A stretch of 60,425 nt of DNA from Candidatus Bathyarchaeota archaeon (GCA_026014515.1 JAOZIG010000286.1:1-60425), one strand, 5' to 3'. Counted from the first letter of the stretch, positions 18,280 to 27,634 are shown. The notes: generated by a model not told the origin, from the letters alone. Numbers and translations: made by a program.

Positions 18280-19470
18280 TTATTTTCGACGTTTAATGAT
18301 AGATTTTACCAATTTCTCTAATCCAGTGAAATCAGCTTTCATAAAATCCAATTCATCAACACCATCAAACCACTTAGGAATTACACCAGTTTTCTTTGCT
18401 TCTCGTAGCTCTAATCTGAGTCTAGCTGCTTGACTGATAACCTGTCTCCTCTCTCTGTTGACTTCTGTATCTTGAACCACTTCACTCATCAGATAGGCTC
18501 CATCCTTTGTCCCAATGGGCTTGAGGTAGAATTTCTCGTCTGGTATCTCCCCGAAGTCGCCATGGGGCTCTGTTTGGTACCAGTAGGCTACGCTGCTGTA
18601 GTCTTGTTGTAGCATATTGGCGTGTCCATGCTCTATCTCAACGGATATTGTGTTCTTGAATGGGACTGGATCGGGTATGTGAAGCCTGTAGGCGCTGTAT
18701 CTGCTGTTTACTTCGTCCATCACGGTCAATCCATGATAAGGTGCGTGGAAGGAGCCTTTGTTCCAGAACCATCCTCCTTGAAAATAGTCCTCGGTGCCTG
18801 TTCCTATGATGCTTGGATGGTTCTCGTTATCAACTGTGATGAACTCGTCACCTTGAAGCATCAACAGGCTTCCTTTATCATAGCTCTGCATGTTTAATAC
18901 ACAGCCCGCGTAGTGTCCTCTGCCTGTTGCTTTGAGTATGGTATAGTTTTCATTTATCTGAGTGGGGTTCTCCCTGTTGTATCTGCAGTGGAAGTAGAGT
19001 GTGTCCTCTTCTAGCTCTGTCTCATGATACTCGACGTTATAGTAAAGGTGTGTTACAGGATATTGACTCCTGTTTTCAATCTCTAGAACCGCTTTTTCCT
19101 TGAATGGCATTGGCCAATAACTGAAGAAACCTCCGCTTGTCATCCCATGCATCGCGTTATAGTGGTGTACGTATTCTGCGAATCCTGCTCCAAAGAAGTC
19201 ACCTATAGGCGCATATACGCTGGGTGTTTTTTCATCATCCCAACTGAACCTGAGAAGAAGATAACGTAGGATATGTTCATCCTCTGAGTTTAAAGCGAAC
19301 CATATTCTGCTAATGATTCCACTACCTGTGATTACACCTAGTCTGATGGTCTCTCCGGGTTCAACTGTTACATAGTCAGCGTTTCCATGGCTGGGGTCGT
19401 GACTGCTTATCTGCCTAGTCTTCCAGTCTTTTGCCTTGTAGATAGAATCGGGTGATCCGAGGAGCTTCAT
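18280..19470 (-). CDS. DUF2961 / glycoside hydrolase family 172 protein
   Basis: SSHDPS.GNAD, WDDE.TPSV.APIGDFFG, SYWPMPF, GTGTEDYF.GGW, YRLHIPDPVPF, SSVAYWYQ. Confidence 0.88.
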   Translation of the reverse strand: MKLLGSPDSIYKAKDWKTRQISSHDPSHGNADYVTVEPGETIRLGVITGSGIISRIWFALNSEDEHILRYLLLRFSWDDEKTPSVYAPIGDFFGAGFAEYVHHYNAMHGMTSGGFFSYWPMPFKEKAVLEIENRSQYPVTHLYYNVEYHETELEEDTLYFHCRYNRENPTQINENYTILKATGRGHYAGCVLNMQSYDKGSLLMLQGDEFITVDNENHPSIIGTGTEDYFQGGWFWNKGSFHAPYHGLTVMDEVNSRYSAYRLHIPDPVPFKNTISVEIEHGHANMLQQDYSSVAYWYQTEPHGDFGEIPDEKFYLKPIGTKDGAYLMSEVVQDTEVNRERRQVISQAARLRLELREAKKTGVIPKWFDGVDELDFMKADFTGLEKLVKSIIKRRK

Positions 19471-19502
19471 GGGAAATATGTGTGTTTTCTTTGGTTAAGA
19501 GT

Positions 19503-20453
19503 TTAGGCTTTGGCGACCCAGCACAATGAGTCTCCGCTGTTCACTGAGTAATGGACGCGTAGGAAGCTGATCACTCCATCCATTGGGGCATAAGCTGTTT
19601 GGATGGTCTCCCCTAACAGGTTACACACAGTGCCTAGCTCCTCACCTTTCTTCACACTCTGTCCCGCTTCTATTTTTCTTCGCCATACTCCCCCTTTCTT
19701 TGCCCACACTCTCTCACTGGGTGGATCAAGAGGTGGATTGTAACTGACGGGGGCTCCTTCAAGCATCTTCAGGTGTCTAAGTAGGTTCAGTGCTCCATCG
19801 TAGTGGTATTGTACGTCTTGCTCTCTGATGGGGTAGGGGGCTCCTGACTCGATCATCAGACACGGAATACCATACTTGTTCACAGCCTCCCCCGTGTTTC
19901 CAGAAATACTCGTGGATTCTATCAATGCTGGTTTGTAGAGTGATGCAAGCTCCACCATCTTATCAAAGAGTTCCTTGTTCTCGGTCTTATAGACGAATAT
20001 ACCCCTTGTCACGTCCTCACCGAGGTCTGCGCTATGAGCATCAATAAGCACATCCGATTTGCTCACAAAGTGCTCAAACACATGATAGGCTACGCGTTTG
20101 GTGATCGAAGCCTCGGCATCCCCGGGAAATACTTTGTTCTGGTTTAAGTGGTCCAGTTGGTTGTGGTATGGTTTTCTGGCGTGGAATCCCTCTGTGTTTA
20201 CGATTGGCGCCAGTATCAAGGTACCCGAAAGCTGATCAGGCGTTATTTTTTCGGCTATTCTGTATATTGCCTCTATTGGGGCGCATTCAACGGCATGAAC
20301 ACCGCCAAGAATAGTTACTGTTGGTCCTTTGTTGACTCCATTTATCACTATATATGGGAGTTTTATCTCGTGGGTTGAGGCATCACCGATCTTCACATAG
20401 CCTCTATGGACTGTTCCTTGTGGGATAACGGTATCTTGTACCTTGAAAGACAT
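19503..20453 (-). CDS. Succinylglutamate desuccinylase/aspartoacylase family (M14-like) hydrolase
   Basis: GGVHAVE (HxxE), NQNKVFPGD, IDAHS, IESG, C-terminal biotinyl-like barrel. Confidence 0.9.
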   Translation of the reverse strand: MSFKVQDTVIPQGTVHRGYVKIGDASTHEIKLPYIVINGVNKGPTVTILGGVHAVECAPIEAIYRIAEKITPDQLSGTLILAPIVNTEGFHARKPYHNQLDHLNQNKVFPGDAEASITKRVAYHVFEHFVSKSDVLIDAHSADLGEDVTRGIFVYKTENKELFDKMVELASLYKPALIESTSISGNTGEAVNKYGIPCLMIESGAPYPIREQDVQYHYDGALNLLRHLKMLEGAPVSYNPPLDPPSERVWAKKGGVWRRKIEAGQSVKKGEELGTVCNLLGETIQTAYAPMDGVISFLRVHYSVNSGDSLCWVAKA

Positions 20454-20491
20454 GAGTAAACTGAGAATAGTAAGAGTGTAAAAAATTTGGG

Positions 20492-21661
20492 TTAATAGGT
20501 ATAGTTGCAGATGAATGGCTCACGCCAGTCCTTCCACCAGCCAACAACCCTGTTGCCGGTCTCGGTGATAACAAAAACATCCTTGTTCATCAACAACTCA
20601 CCGCCTTCACCATGAACAACTGGGTTGAAGACAACCACCATATCCTCCTCAAAAACCGTCTCATCGGCTCCCGAGATATACGGAGGCTCATAATTGGTCA
20701 CACCAACCCCCGCACCCAAGGTAAGCTTGGGCTCCATGATGATGCCTTTCTCAGCAGCAACCGCTTTCACTGCATCATAGACCTCGCTTGCCTTGACACC
20801 GGGCTTGAGGTTCGCTCTCACTGTCTCCCTCAGAGTCACTAGCTTCTGGAAATCTGCTTTCTGTTCCTCGGTCATCTCACCCATGGCGAGCATACGTGCA
20901 CCGTTACACCAGTATCCTTTCACTGTGGAAACAAGCTCCATCCTCATCCACTCATGATGCTTCGGCACCCTGTCGAACCCTATTCCATACATGGGTGCAC
21001 CGGGCCACCATTTCTCTGTGTTTGTGCCTGTTACTACTTGTGCTACAGCGTGGTGTCCTACCTCGTCAAGTTCTCTTTCGATGGCGTGGATTCGTACATT
21101 CTCTGTGTTGCTCATCTCACCTGATGCCTGAACGACTAACACGTGGTGTGCTTGTCCCGCAATAGTATGATCAGTTTTGCTTGCTACTTCTTCTAGTAGT
21201 TCAAGCTCTCTTGGAGTCTTTTTTATCCTGAGTTCACGTAGCAGATCATCGCATGGTACGAGTTGGAAGTCTTCTAACGCTGATTCAAGCCTGTTGTACA
21301 GGTTCAACGGTATCCTGTTGACGTCAACGCCTATTTTTCCCGTCTTCCTAATGGTGTTCTTAGCAAGCAATACCGCTATCTCAACGATGCTGCTTGGGCT
21401 TCCCGGTTTCTCGTTATATGTCTTGGTTTTATTTACCCACGCTAGGTTTAGGAAGCTGCTCTCCCATTCATGGGGCACTATGGTTGTTGGCAACTCGTCT
21501 TTTGGCCAGAATAGCGCCATGTACCTGTCAGGGAAACTCTGTGGATAGTGGAGATATGCTCCTGTGAGGTACTGAATATTATCATAGCCAAAGACCAGTA
21601 GGGCATCGTATCCGCTTGCCTCTATTGCCTCGTTGACGTTTTCCATTACTTCTTCTTTCAT
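20492..21661 (-). CDS. M24 (pita-bread fold) amidohydrolase with creatinase-type N-domain; metal ligands absent
   Basis: NIQYLTG, LRIKKTPREL, GYWCNGARM, LGAGVGVTNYEPP, VFNP, NKDVFVITETG. Confidence 0.85.
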   Translation of the reverse strand: MKEEVMENVNEAIEASGYDALLVFGYDNIQYLTGAYLHYPQSFPDRYMALFWPKDELPTTIVPHEWESSFLNLAWVNKTKTYNEKPGSPSSIVEIAVLLAKNTIRKTGKIGVDVNRIPLNLYNRLESALEDFQLVPCDDLLRELRIKKTPRELELLEEVASKTDHTIAGQAHHVLVVQASGEMSNTENVRIHAIERELDEVGHHAVAQVVTGTNTEKWWPGAPMYGIGFDRVPKHHEWMRMELVSTVKGYWCNGARMLAMGEMTEEQKADFQKLVTLRETVRANLKPGVKASEVYDAVKAVAAEKGIIMEPKLTLGAGVGVTNYEPPYISGADETVFEEDMVVVFNPVVHGEGGELLMNKDVFVITETGNRVVGWWKDWREPFICNYTY

Positions 21662-21673
21662 CCATTATTCCTC

Positions 21674-22831
21674 CTAGTGGGTCGCCCTGTGGCCATAGAC
21701 ATGGTATAATTTGTCCCATGTCCTGTACCAGCTAAGCTTCCTGTTTCCCTCCTCGGTTATCTCGTAGATGTCCTTGCTGTGGATTAGCTCCTGTCTTGGA
21801 CCATACGTGTAGATGTCCAGTGCGAGCACCATACCAGCCTTCAACTCTGTGCTACAGCTCAGGTTCAGGTAAGGTGGCTCATGGTGACTTGCACCTACAC
21901 CGTGACCTATTCCTGGCTCCTTCCAGAAACCTATCGCCTGTTTCTCGGCTGCTCGTGCAACGTGGGCATAGACCTCGTTGCATGCTACTCCTGGTTTGAT
22001 CATCTCTAGAGCGGTTGTCTTGAGTCGTAGGTTCTCCCTGTAGGCGTTCTCTTGTTCTGGTGATGGTTTTCCGACTACTCCCATCCTGCCTATGTTGGTC
22101 CAGTATCCCATGTAGTGGGCGCTTACATCCATCCTGAAGAGTTCGCCCTCTTTCACCCAGCCACGCTGAGGCGTATAGTATATCTGGCCTTCGCTTCCGA
22201 ACGCTGAGTTGAGTAATCCTACTCCGCTTGCCCCGTTCTCGTTGACGTGGACCCTGATCCGTTCAGTGATCTCCGCCACTGTGTAGCCGGGGTTCTCGAC
22301 TGCGCCTTCAAGATGCATCAGAGCATACACTATTCCCCTGTCTGCTTGTTTACAGGCGCGCTCTATGAACTCGATCTCACCCTTGGTCTTTATGATTCTA
22401 AGGTCCCTGATCATGGGGTCCGCTGGCTCCCAACCAACGTTGGGTAGTTTTCCTGATAATGAGTCCATCAATCCCTTTGAGACCCTTGCCGCGTCAAAGC
22501 CGATCTTGTTTTTATCGAGCCCCATTCCCACAATTAGCTCTTCTACTGCCTTGACGAATGCCCCTGTCTCGTATCCCTGGTTTTCGTCGTAAACCAGTGT
22601 TTCTCCCTGCCACCCTTGGTCTTTTACTGCTTGTGACCAGTCTTGAGGTATTACTGCGACTGGTGTACCTTCTTTGGGTAGTAGGACAGCGGCTTTTCTT
22701 GATGGATAATTTTCCGCGAAGGGTAAGACGGTTCTTGTAAGGTAATTGAAGTTGTCTACACCAATCGCCAAGACTGCATCATAGTCGGTTTCTGTGATTG
22801 CAGTCTCGATTTTTTGTTTGAGTAAATCCAT
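21674..22831 (-). CDS. M24 (pita-bread fold) amidohydrolase with creatinase-type N-domain; metal ligands partly lost
   Basis: NFNYLT, LRIIKTKGEI, MDVSAHYMGYWTNIGR, GHGVGASHHEPP, SKDIYEITEEG. Confidence 0.85.
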   Translation of the reverse strand: MDLLKQKIETAITETDYDAVLAIGVDNFNYLTRTVLPFAENYPSRKAAVLLPKEGTPVAVIPQDWSQAVKDQGWQGETLVYDENQGYETGAFVKAVEELIVGMGLDKNKIGFDAARVSKGLMDSLSGKLPNVGWEPADPMIRDLRIIKTKGEIEFIERACKQADRGIVYALMHLEGAVENPGYTVAEITERIRVHVNENGASGVGLLNSAFGSEGQIYYTPQRGWVKEGELFRMDVSAHYMGYWTNIGRMGVVGKPSPEQENAYRENLRLKTTALEMIKPGVACNEVYAHVARAAEKQAIGFWKEPGIGHGVGASHHEPPYLNLSCSTELKAGMVLALDIYTYGPRQELIHSKDIYEITEEGNRKLSWYRTWDKLYHVYGHRATH

Positions 22832-22839
22832 TTTGGATG

Positions 22840-22879
22840 CTCCTAAGTGTTTAGAATCTCTATATTGCTAAACTAGGAG
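22840..22879 (-). promoter_or_regulatory. Inverted repeat overlapping the Shine-Dalgarno sequence of the M24 operon
   Basis: Minus strand reads CTCCTA-GTTTAG-13 nt loop-CTAAAC-act-TAGGAG-8 nt-ATG(22831). Confidence 0.5.
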
Positions 22880-22953
22880 ATACATTCATAGCATATAAGC
22901 AATTTTCGATAAAACACTGTTTAGTATATAAAGGAAAGGTGTTTGAAGGGGCT

Positions 22954-23337
22954 TTAAGGGATGGGTTCATAGAATTTCTGTATCTCTATGACGTATCCTT
23001 CAGGGTCATGGAGCAGGAATATTCTCAAATTTAGCTCCTTATCATCGTGGGGCTCGTTGATGGTATCGACGCCGTTCTCTTTGAAGTGTTCATACCATGC
23101 ATCAGGGTCATCAACTATCACCGTGAGCATAACCGGCTTTGTGTCACTGTATTTATGGTAACCAACGTTGCCGTCTACGCACCCCATGTAGGCGTTGTCT
23201 CTTACTTTGAATATTTTAGCCCATTTCTGGTCCTGTATGAGTTGGAAGCCCATGATTTTCTCGTAGAAATCAGCTGCTTTCTGTAGGTCTTTGTAGTAGA
23301 AGAAGGTTAGAATCCCTTTTGTCTCTGGAAAACTCAT
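22954..23337 (-). CDS. VOC/glyoxalase family protein
   Basis: YYKDLQKAADFYEKIMGF and RIFLLHDPEGYVIEI. Start moved from 23400 to MSFPETK at 23337. Confidence 0.88.
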   Translation of the reverse strand: MSFPETKGILTFFYYKDLQKAADFYEKIMGFQLIQDQKWAKIFKVRDNAYMGCVDGNVGYHKYSDTKPVMLTVIVDDPDAWYEHFKENGVDTINEPHDDKELNLRIFLLHDPEGYVIEIQKFYEPIP

Positions 23338-23428
23338 GCTTGATTCTTGCATATTGGGCTTAAAGCAGTTACCATCAGTTTCTCTCAATGTATAAATCAA
23401 GCCCTACCCCAGCGATATTTGATGAATT

Positions 23429-23887
23429 ATGAAAGTTGGAGAAAAAGCACCTGATTTCACTCTGGTAAATCAGGATATGAAAAAAGTCTCACTTAGCGAC
23501 TATAAAGGCAGCAAAGTTGTTCTCGCCTTCTACCCCGGCGCATTCACAGGTGGATGCACGAAGGAAATGTGCACTATTCGTGACGAGATAGCCGATCTGG
23601 AAGAACTAAACGCAGAGATACTAGGTATCAGCGTAAATGATCCCTTCAGTAACAAGGCGTTCCATGAGGAAAACGTCCTGAACTTCCCTCTACTCTGTGA
23701 TTACAATAGAGAGGTTGTGAAGTTGTATGATGTTTACCATGAGGATTTTGCTGGCTTGAAGGGTTACACTGTTGCAAAACGCAGTGTTTTCATCGTTGAC
23801 GTTGATGGAGTTATCAGCTACAAGTGGGTAACTGAAGACCCCCGTGTTATGCCTCCTTATGATGAGGTAAAAGCTGAGCTTGCCTAG
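23429..23887 (+). CDS. Peroxiredoxin (BCP/AhpE-like, CxxxxC)
   Basis: [37 protein letters not shown]. Confidence 0.92.
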   Translation: MKVGEKAPDFTLVNQDMKKVSLSDYKGSKVVLAFYPGAFTGGCTKEMCTIRDEIADLEELNAEILGISVNDPFSNKAFHEENVLNFPLLCDYNREVVKLYDVYHEDFAGLKGYTVAKRSVFIVDVDGVISYKWVTEDPRVMPPYDEVKAELA

Positions 23888-23918
23888 TCTCCTTCAGCCT
23901 ATCTTTTTCATTTTTTTG

Positions 23919-24479
23919 CTAGGTTTCTTGGTACTTGTTGTGGAAAGCCCATTCTGGTAATGGTTTACGTTCTGGGCGTTTTAACTCGTTTTTCGCTTGG
24001 TCCTCGCTGAGGCTTGGGTGAATCTCCTGCATCTTCTTACCCACGATAATCAAGGTAAGAACCGTGTACTCTTCTGGTATACCAAGAATCTCACGGGTCT
24101 TCTTTGGGCTGAATCCAGCGATAGGGTGAGCTACTAGTCCCAGTTCTGTTGCTCTTAGGATCAATGTGGCGGTTGCCATACCAAGGTCAAACTGATGGTA
24201 TATGCGTTCACGTATCTGGCAGTCATCCTCGGGTTTTGAGAACGCAGCTATAATCATTGATGCTTGTCTCGCCCAAGCGTTCCCCCTTGATAGTGCCTCA
24301 TACATTTCCTCAAGCTTTTCCCGATCATAGACGAAAACGTATCTCCAAGGCTGGTTGTTAAAACAAGATGCGCTGAGCTGCGCATGGCTTGCTAGGTCTT
24401 CAACGAGTTCCCTTGTTATCTCGACTGGCATCAGTGACCTGTATGCTCGTCGTGCGTGAATAGCCTCTGATACGTTCAT
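23919..24479 (-). CDS. Nitroreductase family protein
   Basis: IHARRAYR, SASCFNNQPWRYVFV, FDLGMA, RATELGL. Confidence 0.92.
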   Translation of the reverse strand: MNVSEAIHARRAYRSLMPVEITRELVEDLASHAQLSASCFNNQPWRYVFVYDREKLEEMYEALSRGNAWARQASMIIAAFSKPEDDCQIRERIYHQFDLGMATATLILRATELGLVAHPIAGFSPKKTREILGIPEEYTVLTLIIVGKKMQEIHPSLSEDQAKNELKRPERKPLPEWAFHNKYQET

Positions 24480-24483
24480 GTTC

Positions 24484-24951
24484 TCATCCTTGAAGCTCGG
24501 ATAGTTTTTCCATCACTTTATCGACGTGTCCAGCGACCTTTACCTTGGGCCAGACATGGGCGATTTTTCCCTCTGGGTCTATGAGGTATGTGCTTCTGAC
24601 GCCCCCCATGTATTCTCGTCCATACATTTTCTTCTTCTGCCAGACACCATAGGATTCAAGAACCTCTTTCTCTGTGTCGCTGAGGAGATTGATGGATAAC
24701 TCATGCTTCTGCCTGAAGTTTGTGTGGCTCTTCAGGCTATCTGGACTTACGCCAATGATCACCGCGTTCTTCGCCTTGAACTCATCTTCTGCGGCTGTAA
24801 ACTCTAATGCTTCCATTGTACAGCCCTTGGTGTTGTCCTTTGGGTAGAAGTATAGTACAACCCATTTTCCCTTCAAGTCTTTGAGACACATCTCGCCTCT
24901 ATCTGGGTCTTCTAGACAGAAACCCGGTGCCTTTTCTCCAATATCTAACAA
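24484..24951 (-). CDS. bcp: Thioredoxin-dependent thiol peroxidase (BCP/PrxQ)
   Basis: VLYFYPKDNTKGCTMEA, GVSPDS..SH, KKMYGREYMG..RSTYLID, KVKVAGH. Confidence 0.92.
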   Translation of the reverse strand: MLDIGEKAPGFCLEDPDRGEMCLKDLKGKWVVLYFYPKDNTKGCTMEALEFTAAEDEFKAKNAVIIGVSPDSLKSHTNFRQKHELSINLLSDTEKEVLESYGVWQKKKMYGREYMGGVRSTYLIDPEGKIAHVWPKVKVAGHVDKVMEKLSELQG

Positions 24952-24992
24952 ATGTCCTCACCAGAATGATATAAAATTGAAAAGGGGGTTAT

Positions 24993-26369
24993 TTAAGGGG
25001 TCTCAGGTTCACGGATATTATAGAATGCCCGCTGAACAACCTCTGAGAGCGCTGGGTGGATATGCATGGCATCAATTAACGGGTAAACCGTGCCATCTCC
25101 TGCACTCATCACGTTGATAACCTCCTGAATCAGGATAGGCGCATAAGGGCCAACAATATGAGCCCCCAGAATCTTGTACTCCTCCTGTGTGATGATGACC
25201 TTCACATACCCGTCCTCCTCCGCCATCGCTGCTCCCTTCGCGGTATCAATGTAGTTGTACTCACCGACATAGTAGCTGATGCCCTTGTCTCGTACCTCTG
25301 CCTCTGTGAGACCAACTGACGCTACCTGAGGCCAACTAAAAACCGCGTATGGCACCAGATCATAGTTCATTGGATGGCTATGTCCATGACTGAAGCTGTG
25401 CCAGACTATTTCGGCTTCCTTGTTTGCCACGTGTTTAAACATGGCTCGCCCTATAGCGTCACCCAGAGCCCAGATTTTTGGCTTACTGGTCTGGTACTCC
25501 TCATCAACCACGATGAAGCCCCGCTCATCAACCTCGACACCAGTCTTCTCAACCTTCAACAAGTCCGCGTTACTCTTTCGTCCCGCAGCTAGAAGCAGCT
25601 TCTCAACAACGTACTCCTGTTTCTCACCGTTTTTCACGCCAACGACCTTGATCTTGTTACCCTGTTTCGCTACTTCTGATACCTCGATACTGGTCTCAAT
25701 ATGCATACGTTGCCTCATCCCCATAGTGAGTATCTCTGATATCTCTGGCTCAGCGTGCTTTATGAGACGGGGGCTCCTGCTCAATAGATGTGTCTCTACT
25801 CCCATGCTGCTGAAAAAATGAGCCATCTCACACGCAATAAAGCCACCACCAACAATAGCGATGCTCTCAGGTTTTTCCTCAAGGTCCCAGACAGTCTCGT
25901 TTGTGAGGTATGGTACTTTTTCGATACCCTTTATCGGTGGGATCAATGGTCTTGCGCCGCTTACGAGGAATATGTTGTCTGCTTTGATGGTCTCGTTTCC
26001 TGCCTTCATGGTATAGTTGTCGATGAACTCTCCCTGAACTGGATAGTATGTGAGTCCCTCCACCTGTGTGATGGTTTCCTCCATGGGGTGACGGTCATGT
26101 AATACGTAATCACGGGTTCGCTTCATTATACCAGCAAAGTCAATCTCATCTATTGTCGCCTTTATCCCAAGCTCCTCAGCGTGTCTGATTATATTCACCA
26201 CATCAGCGGGATAGATCACCATCTTAGACGGGATACACCCTGTATTGAGACATGTTCCCCCAAGCTTTCCCATCTCAACCAATGCAACAGTTTTCCCCGT
26301 GTTCACGGCTGCGTCGGCTATCATCATGCCGCTGCCACTACCAACTACTAGGACATCAAAATGCTTCAT
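24993..26369 (-). CDS. Class I pyridine nucleotide-disulfide oxidoreductase (dihydrolipoamide dehydrogenase/mycothione reductase-like)
   Basis: VVGSGSG, GGTCLNTGCIPSK, IVGGGFIACE, WALGD, HIHPALSE. Confidence 0.9.
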   Translation of the reverse strand: MKHFDVLVVGSGSGMMIADAAVNTGKTVALVEMGKLGGTCLNTGCIPSKMVIYPADVVNIIRHAEELGIKATIDEIDFAGIMKRTRDYVLHDRHPMEETITQVEGLTYYPVQGEFIDNYTMKAGNETIKADNIFLVSGARPLIPPIKGIEKVPYLTNETVWDLEEKPESIAIVGGGFIACEMAHFFSSMGVETHLLSRSPRLIKHAEPEISEILTMGMRQRMHIETSIEVSEVAKQGNKIKVVGVKNGEKQEYVVEKLLLAAGRKSNADLLKVEKTGVEVDERGFIVVDEEYQTSKPKIWALGDAIGRAMFKHVANKEAEIVWHSFSHGHSHPMNYDLVPYAVFSWPQVASVGLTEAEVRDKGISYYVGEYNYIDTAKGAAMAEEDGYVKVIITQEEYKILGAHIVGPYAPILIQEVINVMSAGDGTVYPLIDAMHIHPALSEVVQRAFYNIREPETP

Positions 26370-26407
26370 ACTTAGTTCATAGAAGCGATGAATAAAAAGT
26401 GGGGGAT

Positions 26408-27634
26408 TTACTCAAGCTTTGATAAGCCATACTTGCTGTAATAGCCTTCCCAGAGTTCCCGCATGTCTTCGTTGAGGCTATCCTTGATGAGGCTGTAGAT
26501 GGTCTTGATGTTCTGGATGCTGTGTACCTTGAGTTTAAGCTCCTTCTCCAGATACTCCACCGCACCCATATCCTCAATGTTATCCTTGTCACCGAGACGC
26601 TCCAATCGATCAACCGCAATCACCAGACCCACGATCTCGTGGTCACCCAGTAATCGCAGCTTCTCAATGGTCTCCACCTTGGTTATGCCCGTGGTGATGG
26701 TGTCATCAACGACCAGTATGCGCTGCCCGGGTTTGAAGTAGCTGGCTCCGACCAAGACACGGTCTGTGCTCAGGTCACCGTACTCCTTCGCCTCTTTGCG
26801 GTCATACATGTAGCGTTTGTCCATGCCGTAGAGCTCGTTCAAGCCTTCACAGGTGAGTGTGGCTAGACTGATGCCCTTGTAGCTTGGGCCGAACACGTAA
26901 TCAAAGTCGGGTATCTCGCCACGCTCCATCAGTAACGCGATATAGCTTGCGAACGCCCACTTGACCTTGGCTAGGCTCTCTCCGTCGGTGAGTGCTCCGA
27001 GATTAACAAAATATGGGCTGGGTCTTCCACTCTTCAATATGAAGGGTTTGTCGGCGCTGGGTGGGAACCGTAGGGCTCCTCCCTTGATGAGTGCCTCTAG
27101 GAAGACTTTCTCTATCTTTGCCTCTGATACAAGTCCTCTGCTCTCGATCTTGAACTCCTCGCTCTTGATCTTCTCCAATATGGAGCCATACCACGTGGTG
27201 CTTCCACAGTAGGTACAGTGGAGCTTTGTCTCCTCAATCTTTTCACCCGTCTCGACCTTAAAGTCGGTAGGTGGAGCCGCGAACTCTTTGTTCGTCTGGC
27301 AGAGAAGATTGGGGCACTGGAATACTCCCTTGATATTCTCTGGAGGCTTGATGACGCGTTTCTCCTTTACCTCCCAGTCCTGTATTATATTCAGTGTGCT
27401 GTTGGGGGCTACGAAGGCGATAATATCAATCTCGCTTGAAGTAAGATACGTACCCTCTATCTTGATGAGGTCTTTCTTACCGAGGCTTCCGCTCACAACG
27501 TTCTGGGCGATAAGGGTCTCTGCGTCGCTTGGCTGCTTGAGTAACTTTAGAACGAGGAACGCCTTCCCCGCGGGGATGTGGTCGATTACTATCCCGTTCT
27601 CTATCTTGCTTACCAAGAGTTGTCTATTTGACAA
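26408..27634 (-). CDS. pyrI-pyrE: Fusion of aspartate carbamoyltransferase regulatory chain (PyrI) and orotate phosphoribosyltransferase (PyrE)
   Basis: N-half VSKIENGIVIDHIPAG, KKDLIKIEG, CPNLLC...CTYC; C-half LKSGRPSPYFVN, GPSYKG, DRKEAKEYGD, VVDDTITTG; one frame with no internal stop. Start placed at TTG 27634 because the listed 27745 start overlaps the upstream gene. Confidence 0.9.
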   Translation of the reverse strand: MSNRQLLVSKIENGIVIDHIPAGKAFLVLKLLKQPSDAETLIAQNVVSGSLGKKDLIKIEGTYLTSSEIDIIAFVAPNSTLNIIQDWEVKEKRVIKPPENIKGVFQCPNLLCQTNKEFAAPPTDFKVETGEKIEETKLHCTYCGSTTWYGSILEKIKSEEFKIESRGLVSEAKIEKVFLEALIKGGALRFPPSADKPFILKSGRPSPYFVNLGALTDGESLAKVKWAFASYIALLMERGEIPDFDYVFGPSYKGISLATLTCEGLNELYGMDKRYMYDRKEAKEYGDLSTDRVLVGASYFKPGQRILVVDDTITTGITKVETIEKLRLLGDHEIVGLVIAVDRLERLGDKDNIEDMGAVEYLEKELKLKVHSIQNIKTIYSLIKDSLNEDMRELWEGYYSKYGLSKLE

